From the NCBI GenBank assembly GCA_964589405.1, contig CAZPRW010000001.1:1-24020 (forward strand): a DNA stretch of 24,020 bases. The letters are read 5' to 3'. A model generated the notes under the pieces. The model ran no database searches, was not told the DNA's origin, and worked only from the letters and a program-made list of their open reading frames with translations. How positions within the stretch are numbered: position 1 is the first letter of the stretch; every line of letters begins with the position of its first letter. This document shows positions 1 through 9,258 of the stretch, one piece after another. The position numbers and the translations under genes are program-made. Source of the DNA: an uncultured Opitutales bacterium (GTDB lineage: Bacteria > Verrucomicrobiota > Verrucomicrobiia > Opitutales > JAIRKQ01).

Positions 1-1
1 T

Positions 2-1000
2 GGTAAAAAAATTTTGGTCACTGGTGGTGCTGGGTTCATCGGTAGCGCATTGATCTATGGATTAAACCAACGTGGATATGATAAAATCATTGTATCAGAT
101 AGATTATCGACGGACGAACGGTATTTAAATCTAGTCGGATTGAATTTTGATGATTACATTGAAGCTGATGATCTGCTGACAAAAATCAAGACTGACAGAA
201 AATTTTCCAACGAAATAGGGTGTATTTTCCATCTTGGAGCATGCTCATCAACAACAGAAAAAGACGCTAGCTACCTTATGCGAAACAATTACGAATACAC
301 GAAATCGCTTGCACATTTCGCGCATGATAACGCCATCAGATTTGTTTACGCCTCATCAGCTGCAACATATGGAAATGGGGAAAACGGGATGTCCGACATT
401 CCACATCCAAATTTGTCGTTGCGCCCATTAAACATGTATGGATATTCAAAACATCTTTTCGATATATATGCTGCAAAAAACAATCTTCATGTTCATGGAA
501 TGAAGTATTTTAATGTTTTTGGCCCAAATGAATACCACAAAGGCAATATGCGCAGTATGGTCTTGAAAGCTTATGAAAAAATTTCTGCAACAGGACGAGT
601 TGAGCTATTCAAAAGCAATCATCCATCCTACAAAGATGGTGAACAAATGCGTGATTTTCTTTATGTAAAAGATGCCGTCGACATGACAATTTTCTTAGGA
701 GAAGTTGATGATAGGATAGAGAATCTTACAACTTATGGTGTATACAATCTTGGGTCTGGCATCGCTTCAACATGGAAACAATTGATATCACCAATTTTCG
801 AAACATTAAACAAACCAGCCTATATTGATTTCATCGACATGCCATCAGAATTAATCGGCAAATACCAACATTATACCTGTGCTGACATTTCAAAGTTACG
901 ATCTATTGGGTACGAAAAAGAAACGACAAAACTTCATGATGCAGTTACAGACTATGTACAAAATTATTTAGTGCCTGGCAATAAACGGCTGGCGATGTAA
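2..1000 (+). CDS. hldD: ADP-L-glycero-D-manno-heptose 6-epimerase (5' partial; frame is open to the window edge, GKKILVTGGAGFIG...)
   Basis: Rossmann motif TGGAGFIG, YASSAATYG, catalytic YGYSK (YxxxK) and YFNVFGPNEYHKG, typical of RfaD/HldD. The TTG at 14 is an internal Leu codon. Confidence 0.93.
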   Translation, partial: GKKILVTGGAGFIGSALIYGLNQRGYDKIIVSDRLSTDERYLNLVGLNFDDYIEADDLLTKIKTDRKFSNEIGCIFHLGACSSTTEKDASYLMRNNYEYTKSLAHFAHDNAIRFVYASSAATYGNGENGMSDIPHPNLSLRPLNMYGYSKHLFDIYAAKNNLHVHGMKYFNVFGPNEYHKGNMRSMVLKAYEKISATGRVELFKSNHPSYKDGEQMRDFLYVKDAVDMTIFLGEVDDRIENLTTYGVYNLGSGIASTWKQLISPIFETLNKPAYIDFIDMPSELIGKYQHYTCADISKLRSIGYEKETTKLHDAVTDYVQNYLVPGNKRLAM

Positions 1001-1841
1001 TTCCTCGTTAGAACAAACTCTTCGTAGTTTTTTCTAAATTCCATCACAAAAGCTCGTTATAAAAGAAATCTATATCAAAGAATTTCGCGAAAAACGTTTT
1101 ATATCACCGCCTTTGACATTTTGGACAATTCAAAATTTTTTACAAAACTAAAAACTTAAGAAATTTCTTGCGTGTTTGATTGCTAATTACGTTTTGCGCT
1201 TATGCACCACATTTTATAGGAATTATAATATATAATTTCTCACATTCATTCTTTTATTAATTTCTGCGTGCACCTGTTTTCTATATTTAAAATACTTTAA
1301 CATTTTCATCATCTGACAAATCAGAAACTTCAAAATTGCCACAAACAAAAATCAAAATCCCTTGATTTTCTAATGAAAACAACAAACTGCAAATTATTTT
1401 CTTCTAATACAGTTTTTAAATTAGGCTGTTGCTTTTCAATTTTTAAATCCAATTATTTCAAAGCAAGTATTTATCTCTGAAGGTTGACCTGAATACAATC
1501 GAGTTCAATCACGCGATCATTAGTTTAACATCCTATAATTCTCAACTCCCTTTAAACGTCGCACAGCAGTTTTATCTACTTCTCGTATACATCGCCTTTA
1601 TTTTTTTGTTGTTTTATTAGTTGTTATGCCATGTGTGTAAACTCCAGCGCCACTCAAACTTGATTAGCCACAACAGCGGGACTATCATAGCTACACAATG
1701 TCTGCGTACAGATTTTTCATGCAAATCTTGTTTTTATTTGTACGATTTCTTATCATGCTTTATAGCACGTCCTATAATTACTGGCAATTTATGCATACTT
1801 CTTACAATAAAAAACCACAAATCGGATAAATATAGCAAAAC

Positions 1842-1873
1842 AAAAAAAGACATGACAAACCAACTATCATGCC
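1842..1873 (-). terminator. Probable intrinsic terminator of the rpmI-rplT transcript
   Basis: Minus strand reads GGCATGATA-gttggtt-TGTCATGTC-TTTTTTT: a 9-bp stem with 2 G-U pairs, a 7-nt loop and a U7 tail, about 30 nt after the rplT stop. Confidence 0.7.
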
Positions 1874-1903
1874 TTGCAACAAAACCTTTATATAAAAAAA
1901 ATT

Positions 1904-2254
1904 TTACAAAGATTTAACTTTTTCAACTAATTTTACAAATACAGAAATATCGTTTATAGCCAATTCGCTCAATGAACGCCTGTCCATTTCAATACCAAGT
2001 CGTTTTAATCCATTAATGAAGCGGCTATACGCTATACCGTTTGACCTGCAAGCGGCATTTATACGAACTATCCACAATTGACGAAATTCTGTCTTTTTAC
2101 GTTTTCTATCACGATATGCAAATTTTCCAGCCCTCCACATGGCATCTTTTGCATACCTAAACAAACGTGATTTATTTCCAAAATACCCACGTGTAGTTTT
2201 TAATACTCTATTGCGACGTTTCTTCGTTGCAACAGCATTCGTTACTCTCGGCAT
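1904..2254 (-). CDS. rplT: 50S ribosomal protein L20
   Basis: MPRV...KKRRNRVLK...GYFG...AYRDRKRKKTEFRQLWIVRINAA is the L20 signature. An AAGGAG SD (2263-2268) lies 8 nt upstream of the ATG. Confidence 0.98.
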   Translation of the reverse strand: MPRVTNAVATKKRRNRVLKTTRGYFGNKSRLFRYAKDAMWRAGKFAYRDRKRKKTEFRQLWIVRINAACRSNGIAYSRFINGLKRLGIEMDRRSLSELAINDISVFVKLVEKVKSL

Positions 2255-2262
2255 GTTACATT

Positions 2263-2268
2263 CTCCTT
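2263..2268 (-). promoter_or_regulatory. Shine-Dalgarno site of rplT
   Basis: AAGGAG 8 nt upstream of the ATG at 2254. Confidence 0.7.
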
Positions 2269-2335
2269 AATATACATTTTTTAATTTAACACTTATCAGT
2301 TGGTCGCCTTCACCAATCTGACAATAAATTTTAGT

Positions 2336-2530
2336 TTACAGACCAACTGCAATGCAGGCCATCACACGAGCAGCCATTCCTTTGGCCATTTGCTTGTCCT
2401 TTCCTGCAGCACGCAACTGACGTGATGTTTTATGGCGCAACAAATGTCTCGAACCAGGAGAACGATGCATCAATTTTCCGCTGGCTGTAACTTTAAAGCG
2501 CTTCATCATAGACTTTTTTGTCTTTTGCAT
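2336..2530 (-). CDS. rpmI: 50S ribosomal protein L35
   Basis: KTKKSMMKRFKVTASGK...RHLL; 64 aa, basic, immediately upstream of rplT. Confidence 0.95.
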   Translation of the reverse strand: MQKTKKSMMKRFKVTASGKLMHRSPGSRHLLRHKTSRQLRAAGKDKQMAKGMAARVMACIAVGL

Positions 2531-2595
2531 ATCGTTGCAGTAATGCAGTTTTTGAACCTTTGTAAAGAAATTTTTATTAACTTATCTTAAAAATA

Positions 2596-2843
2596 CTAAA
2601 TTTTAAAATCAGCACACAAGCCAGAATCATCTCCAATAACATAATATCCATTGTCTTGCACAACAAGACTGGCAGAACGCGCTTTCATTATAAAGCATTC
2701 TCAGCAAACGTTTCACCATTCTCATCAACTTCCGGAAGAGGAATATCAGTTGCCGATATAATTTTGCAATCAAAATCACTCAACAATGCTCGAAATTCTG
2801 CAAGTTTGCCTAAATTCTTTGTTGCAATTAAAAATGTTTTCAT
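2596..2843 (-). pseudogene. rdgB: RdgB/HAM1 non-canonical purine NTP pyrophosphatase, frameshifted and 3'-truncated
   Basis: MKTFLIATKNLGKLAEF...PEVDENGETFAENAL* then, after a frame change near 2690, MKARSASL...VIGDDSGLCADFKI*. The DDSGL motif (codons from 2631 downward) is out of frame. The APGVYSAR region and the C-terminal two-thirds are absent before rpmI. Confidence 0.88.
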
Positions 2844-2860
2844 AACGACCTTATGAAATC

Positions 2861-3955
2861 TTATGCAACTAAACAACGAGATATTATGTCGTCATTTCGA
2901 TCAAAAACAATGGCCGATTCCGTCTTATTATAAAAATGATTGATAAAATTATATATATTCTCTGCAAACAATTGTGAAGCAGTATCAGCGACTGCCTGTT
3001 CTGGCTCAGACAATCCTAGTATCGAAACATTGCTATTATATTCGATACATTTACCTGGAATAGATCCCTCAACATTTCCGCCAGTCATCACTGCCATATC
3101 AACAAATAATGTCTTTGTCGTTATTTTTGCTAACATTTCGTGTGTAATCAATACAGGAGCCTTTCTGCCAAAAACTTTAGCAGTGGTAATAACAACATCT
3201 GCTTTTTGACATGCAGAAATCATGCCAGCATGTTGTTTTTCAATTTGTTCTTGCGTCAATTCTTTGGCATATCCTTGTTCTGTACGCCCCGTTTCACCAA
3301 TATTAATCTTTAAAAATTTAGCACCGACGGATCGCACTTGTTCTTCTACCTCAGGACGTGTATCAAATGCTTCAACGCGTGCACCAAGACGTTTAGCAGT
3401 TGCAATGGCTTGTAACCCAGCAACTCCAACACCTATCACAAACACATTAACAGGAGATACTGTTCCTGCCGGCGTCATCATCATAGGAAAAATCTTATCA
3501 ATATGATTAGCAGACTCAAGAACAGCAGCATAACCTGCCAAATTTGATTGTGAACTCAATACATCAAACTTTTGTGCAACGCTTGATCGAGGAACCATTT
3601 CAAGGCTAACAGCATGCACACTATTGCCATTAAATGCATTCAAGATATTTTCATTATGCGCTACATCAAAAAGACTAATATGGAATGAACCTTGTTTCAT
3701 ACATGATATTTCCTTTTCCAAGGAACATTTGACACGTATAATAATATCGGCATTTTGAGCACCTTCTGAAAATGATTTAACAATTTCCGCACCGCTAGCA
3801 ACGTATGCAGAATCTGAAATACCTATATTACTTCCTATTCCTGACTGAACATATATTTTCAACCCTAATGATTTTAATTGTTGGACAGAACGTGGTGTTG
3901 CTGCTGCACGACGTTCAAATTCATACGTTTCTTTTGGAAAAAAAATGGTTTGCAC
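2861..3955 (-). CDS. pntA: NAD(P) transhydrogenase alpha subunit, domain I only (PntAa type)
   Basis: GTG start; KET..ERRAAATP, PRSSVAQKFDVLSSQSNLAGY, GVGVAGLQAIATAKRLGA, DVVITTA, DMAVMTGGNVEGS. 364 aa with no membrane domain. Confidence 0.92.
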   Translation of the reverse strand: MQTIFFPKETYEFERRAAATPRSVQQLKSLGLKIYVQSGIGSNIGISDSAYVASGAEIVKSFSEGAQNADIIIRVKCSLEKEISCMKQGSFHISLFDVAHNENILNAFNGNSVHAVSLEMVPRSSVAQKFDVLSSQSNLAGYAAVLESANHIDKIFPMMMTPAGTVSPVNVFVIGVGVAGLQAIATAKRLGARVEAFDTRPEVEEQVRSVGAKFLKINIGETGRTEQGYAKELTQEQIEKQHAGMISACQKADVVITTAKVFGRKAPVLITHEMLAKITTKTLFVDMAVMTGGNVEGSIPGKCIEYNSNVSILGLSEPEQAVADTASQLFAENIYNFINHFYNKTESAIVFDRNDDIISRCLVA

Positions 3956-4090
3956 GGTCTTTTATCAAAAACAAAACAATCGTGTTTTCAATGACTTTTA
4001 TTGTACAAATATCATCTTATACACAATTAACATCTTGCTTTTTTCATAAAACATTTGCAAAGCAGTACACTATAACTATCGGGTTGTTTC

Positions 4091-5287
4091 GTGGAAGATA
4101 TCGCACCTAAAAACTTTGTACCAGTTCCGTTTAAATATCATCAAGAAATAGAACTGACAATAGTTGATGTTACAAATACAGGGGCAGGAGTTGGCCGATA
4201 CAACAACTGGGTAGTAATGGTACCATTCGTTTGTATTGGTGAAATTGTCGTCGCAAGAATATATAAAAATTGCAAAAATTATTCATTAGCAGATTTAGTG
4301 GAAGTAAAACAAAAATCTCCTGATCGAATAGATCCACAATGTCCATTGTTTTCGCAGTGCGGAGGATGTCAATATCAACATATGACATATGAGTCACAAT
4401 TATTATTAAAACAACATCATGTAGAAGACATAATGTTACGAATCGGTGGCGTAAAAACAAGTATTAATCCGTGCTTGCACGGGAATATGTCATATGGCTA
4501 TAGATCGAAAATAACACCTCACTACCAAAAAAAAGCACCACCAATTGGTTTTTTAAAAGACGGGAAACGACAAATTATCGACGTTATAAATTGTCCTTTG
4601 GCTACAAAAAATATTAATGAATCATTAACCAATATAAGAAATAAAATAATAGACGATAGTTCTCAACGTAAACGTGGCGGAACAGTGTTGATACGAGATA
4701 TTAATGGAAAGATCGTAACTGATCATAAAGTATCCGTAACGACAGAAGTATTAGGATATAAATTTTCATTTTGTGCGGGAGAGTTTTTTCAAAACAATCC
4801 GTATGCTCTCCCACATATGATTGATTTTGTTGTAAAATCTGCCAAAGGAACGCCGTATTTGATAGATGCTTATTGCGGAGTAGGGGTATTTGGGATTTGT
4901 TCAGCTCGTAATTTCGATGAAGTAATAGGCATTGAAATCAGCGAAACATCAGTAAGATTTGCAAATTATAATGCTGCGCAAAACAATATATCAAACGCTA
5001 AATTCATTAGTGGTGTAGCAGAACACATATTTGAAAATATTAATTTTCCTGGCAACAACACATCTGTTATTATAGATCCTCCTAGGGCAGGATGTAGTGA
5101 ATCATTCATTAACCAACTACTGTCTTTTTCCCCAACGAAAATTGTATACATTTCGTGTGCACCAGACACACAAGCACGCGATATAAAATTATTGTCAAAA
5201 AAATATAAAATAACGGAAATGCAACCAGTTGATATGTTTCCTCAAACAAGACACATAGAAAATATCGCAGTGTTAAAAAAGATATAA
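4091..5287 (+). CDS. 23S rRNA m5U methyltransferase, RlmD/TrmA family, with TRAM domain
   Basis: N-terminal TRAM-like region, CPLFSQCGGCQYQH plus a later CPL (4Fe-4S ligands), FFQNN, DAYCGVG, DPPRAG, YISC and DMFPQTRHIE motifs. Confidence 0.9.
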   Translation: MEDIAPKNFVPVPFKYHQEIELTIVDVTNTGAGVGRYNNWVVMVPFVCIGEIVVARIYKNCKNYSLADLVEVKQKSPDRIDPQCPLFSQCGGCQYQHMTYESQLLLKQHHVEDIMLRIGGVKTSINPCLHGNMSYGYRSKITPHYQKKAPPIGFLKDGKRQIIDVINCPLATKNINESLTNIRNKIIDDSSQRKRGGTVLIRDINGKIVTDHKVSVTTEVLGYKFSFCAGEFFQNNPYALPHMIDFVVKSAKGTPYLIDAYCGVGVFGICSARNFDEVIGIEISETSVRFANYNAAQNNISNAKFISGVAEHIFENINFPGNNTSVIIDPPRAGCSESFINQLLSFSPTKIVYISCAPDTQARDIKLLSKKYKITEMQPVDMFPQTRHIENIAVLKKI

Positions 5288-5513
5288 TAAGTTATATCGT
5301 CACACTAATAAGTCACCTTTGAAAAAGCACATATAGTAAATGCTTCATAGTTAACAAACCAGAAATAAGTATTTTCCTTCAACATGCACAAACTATATCA
5401 ATGAACATGCAAAACAAAAGCAATAAGTGACATTATTGACAATTTATGACGCACAAATACTCAACACCAAACAATACCTCTTAATAAAAGACCACGTAAG
5501 CTATCATTAACAA

Positions 5514-6491
5514 TTAATGACAATATGTGTCATGCAACCTTAACAACCCAACTGCGCAATTCCGACCATTTACTTGTTTTCTTGAGACAACTGGCAAAAC
5601 AGATATCTGGGAATTTCCAAATTCCATAAGCTTTACAGCGTCACCAACAAAGTCGTCATCATAAATGTACTTTGGCGAGACAGACATGACATCCTTTGCT
5701 AATACCACATCAATATGCATATTGTTTGTTAATGCCCGACGAATATCGCCTTCTGTAATAATACCGTTTAAAACGTCATCTTCACCTAAAACCAATGCCG
5801 CACCCAATGGATAATTCGTCATAGCAATAACAACATCACGCAGAGAAGAATCAGACATAACAATAGCACATTCCGACCGGAATGACATAACATCCGACAC
5901 ACGCAATAATAAATTTCTTCCCAATTGGCCAGCAGGATGAAAAACAGCAAAATTATCTTTCGTAAATGACCGTCGCGCCATTAATTCTGCCGCCAATGCA
6001 TCGCCTACAGCAAGACTTACTGTAGAACTTGTTGTAGGAACAATTTGCAATGGGTCAGCTTCACGAGCAAAAGAAATGTCAATAACAACATTGGCAGCTT
6101 CTGCAATAGGGGATAACCGGTTTCCAACAATCGCTATAATTTTAGATTCAAACTTTTTTAATGTCGGAATCAGACATAATATTTCATCAGTAGTCCCACT
6201 TTTGGAAATCAATATTGTAGTATCACCAGCAGAATAAACACCTAAATCTCCATGTGCCCCCTCAGCTGGATGTAAAAACACTGCTGGTTGTCCAGTGCTA
6301 GAAAATGTTGCCACAATCTTCCGTGCAATATGACCAGACTTTCCCATCCCACAAACAACAGTCTTCCCTTTGTCATGCAATAATATCTCTACAGCTTTTT
6401 CAAACTCATCTCCAATGTTTTCTGATAAGAGCTTAATAGCATTACTTTCCGCAATTAACAAATTTTTGGCAGCACTCAATTTTGCAGTCAT
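5514..6491 (-). CDS. kdsD: Arabinose-5-phosphate isomerase, KpsF/GutQ family (SIS + 2 CBS domains)
   Basis: CGMGKSGHIARK, FLHPAEGAHGDLG, ISKSGTTDE, PTTSST, FHPAGQLG and a C-terminal CBS pair. Confidence 0.92.
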   Translation of the reverse strand: MTAKLSAAKNLLIAESNAIKLLSENIGDEFEKAVEILLHDKGKTVVCGMGKSGHIARKIVATFSSTGQPAVFLHPAEGAHGDLGVYSAGDTTILISKSGTTDEILCLIPTLKKFESKIIAIVGNRLSPIAEAANVVIDISFAREADPLQIVPTTSSTVSLAVGDALAAELMARRSFTKDNFAVFHPAGQLGRNLLLRVSDVMSFRSECAIVMSDSSLRDVVIAMTNYPLGAALVLGEDDVLNGIITEGDIRRALTNNMHIDVVLAKDVMSVSPKYIYDDDFVGDAVKLMEFGNSQISVLPVVSRKQVNGRNCAVGLLRLHDTYCH

Positions 6492-6531
6492 AAATTACCG
6501 CAATAGCAATATAAAAATATTTACTTGTCAA

Positions 6532-6560
6532 TTGATTTTTATATGCTAACAACGCATAAT
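6532..6560 (+). promoter_or_regulatory. Candidate sigma-70-type promoter of the efflux operon
   Basis: TTGATT-N17-CATAAT ending 8 nt before the ATG at 6569. The AT-rich background makes chance matches likely. Confidence 0.35.
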
Positions 6561-6568
6561 ATAAACAA

Positions 6569-8026
6569 ATGATGGATAGTAATTGCAAGTTGATGTCGAT
6601 TTACAAATCTGTAATTTATTCATTAATTGGTGTGTTTTGTGTTGGGTGCGCTGAAATCGATACTTCTGTATCCAAAGCGAGCAATCAATTTTGGACGCCA
6701 CCATCAAAAGAAATCAATGCAAAACAAAAACAATGCGACAAATTATTAAATTCCGATAAATCAGCATCGATATTGAATGGTGAAAAAGCAGATTTACCAA
6801 TGCTGATCAACCTTGCTTTCGAAAACAGCCCATCGACTCAACGAACATGGCAATCTGCAAAAATTGCTGCTGCTCAAAGCGGACAAGCAAGTAGCATATT
6901 TTTTCCAAATGTCGTAGTTTCTGGAACAGCAGCACGTACAGAACAAAGCACTCCTGCAAGCAGGAGTCTTGCGACAACATTTTATCCAGCAGTAGAACTA
7001 CAATATTCGTTGTTTCAATTTGGAGGTCATAAAAAACATGCTGATGCAGCAAAACAACTTTTGTATTCAGCAAATTATCAGCACAATAGAGAGTTGCAAA
7101 GACTAGCACATGAAGTACAAACAAAATACTTCATGTTAGATTCTGCAGAAAATGCAATCGAAGCAAGTCAACGCAATCTTGAAGATGCATTAGTAGCTTA
7201 TGATGCAGCATTCGTCAGGCATCAAGCAGGGCTATCAAATATTCAAGACTACTTGCAAGCAAAAGCCAATAAAACAAAAGCGGAATATGATCTTGAAAAT
7301 ACATACGCTAAATTGGAATCAGCACGTGCACAACTAGCAAAAACTGTCGGAATATCAGTATCAAGTGATTTTCAAATACAGCGCAGTGGTGATTATTCCG
7401 ACATAAATGATTTTGACGTCAATATTAATGAATTGATCATTGGAGCATTGCAAACACGACAAGACTTAATGTCTCAACATTCTATAGTGCAGTCCAAGAA
7501 AGATTCTGTAAAGGTTAGCACATCAAAACTTTTGCCAGAATTGGTAATAGGCGGCAACGGAAATAAAACACACTATCATCATCCATCTGGCAATTATGAC
7601 AATTTTAATATATATGCCACGTTACAATGGAAATTATTCGATGGATTCAATAATATTTATGAAATAGCAGAAGCACGTGCACGTGCACGACAAGCAGAAT
7701 ATGAACTCAAACAATTGTCATTGGACATCGCATCAGATGTATGGTCAAATTATCATGCGTTCAAATCAGCATTAAAAGAACTTAATGCAGCCAGAAATTA
7801 TGAACAAGCAGCGCAAGAATCATTTGATTCTGTCGTTATTGCATATAAAAATGGGTTATCATCATTTAATGATTTAATGACTGCGCAAAATCAATTGGCA
7901 ATTGCACGCAATCAAACAATAAGTTCTAAAAACAACCTTTCGTTGTCAGTTGTTGATTTAGCATATGCATTAGGAATCATCAATTTCGATTATAAAAATC
8001 AACATCTATTTTATACAACAATATGA
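6569..8026 (+). CDS. TolC/OprM-family outer-membrane efflux lipoprotein
   Basis: Lipobox-like LIGVFCVG-C and two outer-membrane-efflux repeats (LINLAFENSP...; LIIGALQTRQDL...; YKNGLSSFNDLMTAQ). Overlaps the next gene by ATGA. Confidence 0.9.
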   Translation: MMDSNCKLMSIYKSVIYSLIGVFCVGCAEIDTSVSKASNQFWTPPSKEINAKQKQCDKLLNSDKSASILNGEKADLPMLINLAFENSPSTQRTWQSAKIAAAQSGQASSIFFPNVVVSGTAARTEQSTPASRSLATTFYPAVELQYSLFQFGGHKKHADAAKQLLYSANYQHNRELQRLAHEVQTKYFMLDSAENAIEASQRNLEDALVAYDAAFVRHQAGLSNIQDYLQAKANKTKAEYDLENTYAKLESARAQLAKTVGISVSSDFQIQRSGDYSDINDFDVNINELIIGALQTRQDLMSQHSIVQSKKDSVKVSTSKLLPELVIGGNGNKTHYHHPSGNYDNFNIYATLQWKLFDGFNNIYEIAEARARARQAEYELKQLSLDIASDVWSNYHAFKSALKELNAARNYEQAAQESFDSVVIAYKNGLSSFNDLMTAQNQLAIARNQTISSKNNLSLSVVDLAYALGIINFDYKNQHLFYTTI

Positions 8027-9252
8027 AAAAAGTTTTTTCGTTAAAATCATTAGTAACAATAACAGGAATTGTTGCCATCTTGTGGGCGGCATCGCTGGCA
8101 CTAACAACCAGCAAGAAAAAACCACAACAAGTGCGGCCACCTGTAGCAGTTGTGTCAACAAAGGTATCGACATATGAAGTCCCATTATTCATTGATGCAA
8201 TAGGGTATTGCATATCCAATGAAACTGTGAAGATCGTTCCACAAGTAAGCGGGGAAATCACTCATGTCCATGTACAACAAGGACAACACGTATCAGCTGG
8301 TGATGTTTTATTCGAAATAGACAGCAGGACATACTCTGCTGCATTACAGTCGGCAGAAGCCGAATTAAACACAGCTAAGGCACAATTAAAGATCGATAGT
8401 GCTCAATTAGAACGTTCAAAATCATTGCTGCCGCAAAATTATATTTCACAACAACAGTATGAAACATATGAAGCACAAGTCGAACAAGATATCGCTAATG
8501 TAGATGCTGCCGAAGCACATGTAAAAAAAGCAAAAATTGATCTTGAACATTGTTTCATATCTTCACCAATCGACGGATTTGCTGGCATCACATCACGATT
8601 TGATGATGGCACAACATCATACGTCATTGATCGAGGCAACATCGTTACTGCATTAGACGAAGATGCTACTCTAACTGTTGTTGACGATGTCGATACATTG
8701 AAAATTGAATTTTCTGTGTCAGAAAACCATTATTACAATTTACAAAAATTTTTCACCCAAAACAATAATCAGTTGAATGTAGAAATTTCATCTTTGGCTG
8801 ATCAATCAATTGTAGGCAACGCAAAGCTGACAGTTGCAACAAACGCTATTAATGCTCAGACAGGCAATATTGTTCTGAGAGCAATAATGGATAATAAGGA
8901 TCATAAATTCTGGACAGGGCAATCTGTAAAAGTTCGTGTACTGCTCAACATGATGCACGATGCAATTTTGATTCCGTCTGAAGCAGTCAAAATGGGACAG
9001 GCTGGCCGTTATGTCTTTGTAATCAAAGAAGATAAATCTGTTGATATCAGACCAGTCGAAATTGGACAGATTCATGGTGATATGACAGTCATAAACAATG
9101 GATTGAATGATGGTGATTTAATCGTTCAACGTGGACAATTGATGTTAGCTCCAGGAACAAAAGTAACGGAAATGCCAGATACAAATACCGGTGTATTCAA
9201 GAAAAGCATCGACCAAAATAAAATATCAGCAGAAAAAAACCCAACAAAGTAA
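8023..9252 (+). CDS. RND efflux periplasmic adaptor (membrane fusion protein), MdtA-like
   Basis: N-terminal hydrophobic anchor, IVPQVSGEI, GQHVSAGDVLFEID, helical hairpin, ISSPIDG and ILIPSEAV. Confidence 0.92.
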   Translation: MKKVFSLKSLVTITGIVAILWAASLALTTSKKKPQQVRPPVAVVSTKVSTYEVPLFIDAIGYCISNETVKIVPQVSGEITHVHVQQGQHVSAGDVLFEIDSRTYSAALQSAEAELNTAKAQLKIDSAQLERSKSLLPQNYISQQQYETYEAQVEQDIANVDAAEAHVKKAKIDLEHCFISSPIDGFAGITSRFDDGTTSYVIDRGNIVTALDEDATLTVVDDVDTLKIEFSVSENHYYNLQKFFTQNNNQLNVEISSLADQSIVGNAKLTVATNAINAQTGNIVLRAIMDNKDHKFWTGQSVKVRVLLNMMHDAILIPSEAVKMGQAGRYVFVIKEDKSVDIRPVEIGQIHGDMTVINNGLNDGDLIVQRGQLMLAPGTKVTEMPDTNTGVFKKSIDQNKISAEKNPTK

Positions 9253-9258
9253 ACAACA

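Noticed and set aside
1621-1917. 98-aa plus-strand ORF
   Set aside because: TTG start, no motif, and it runs through the rplT terminator and into the rplT stop.
3938-3945. A8 homopolymer near the 5' end of pntA as a phase-variation tract
   Set aside because: The gene is in frame, and 7-8 nt A/T runs are common throughout the window.
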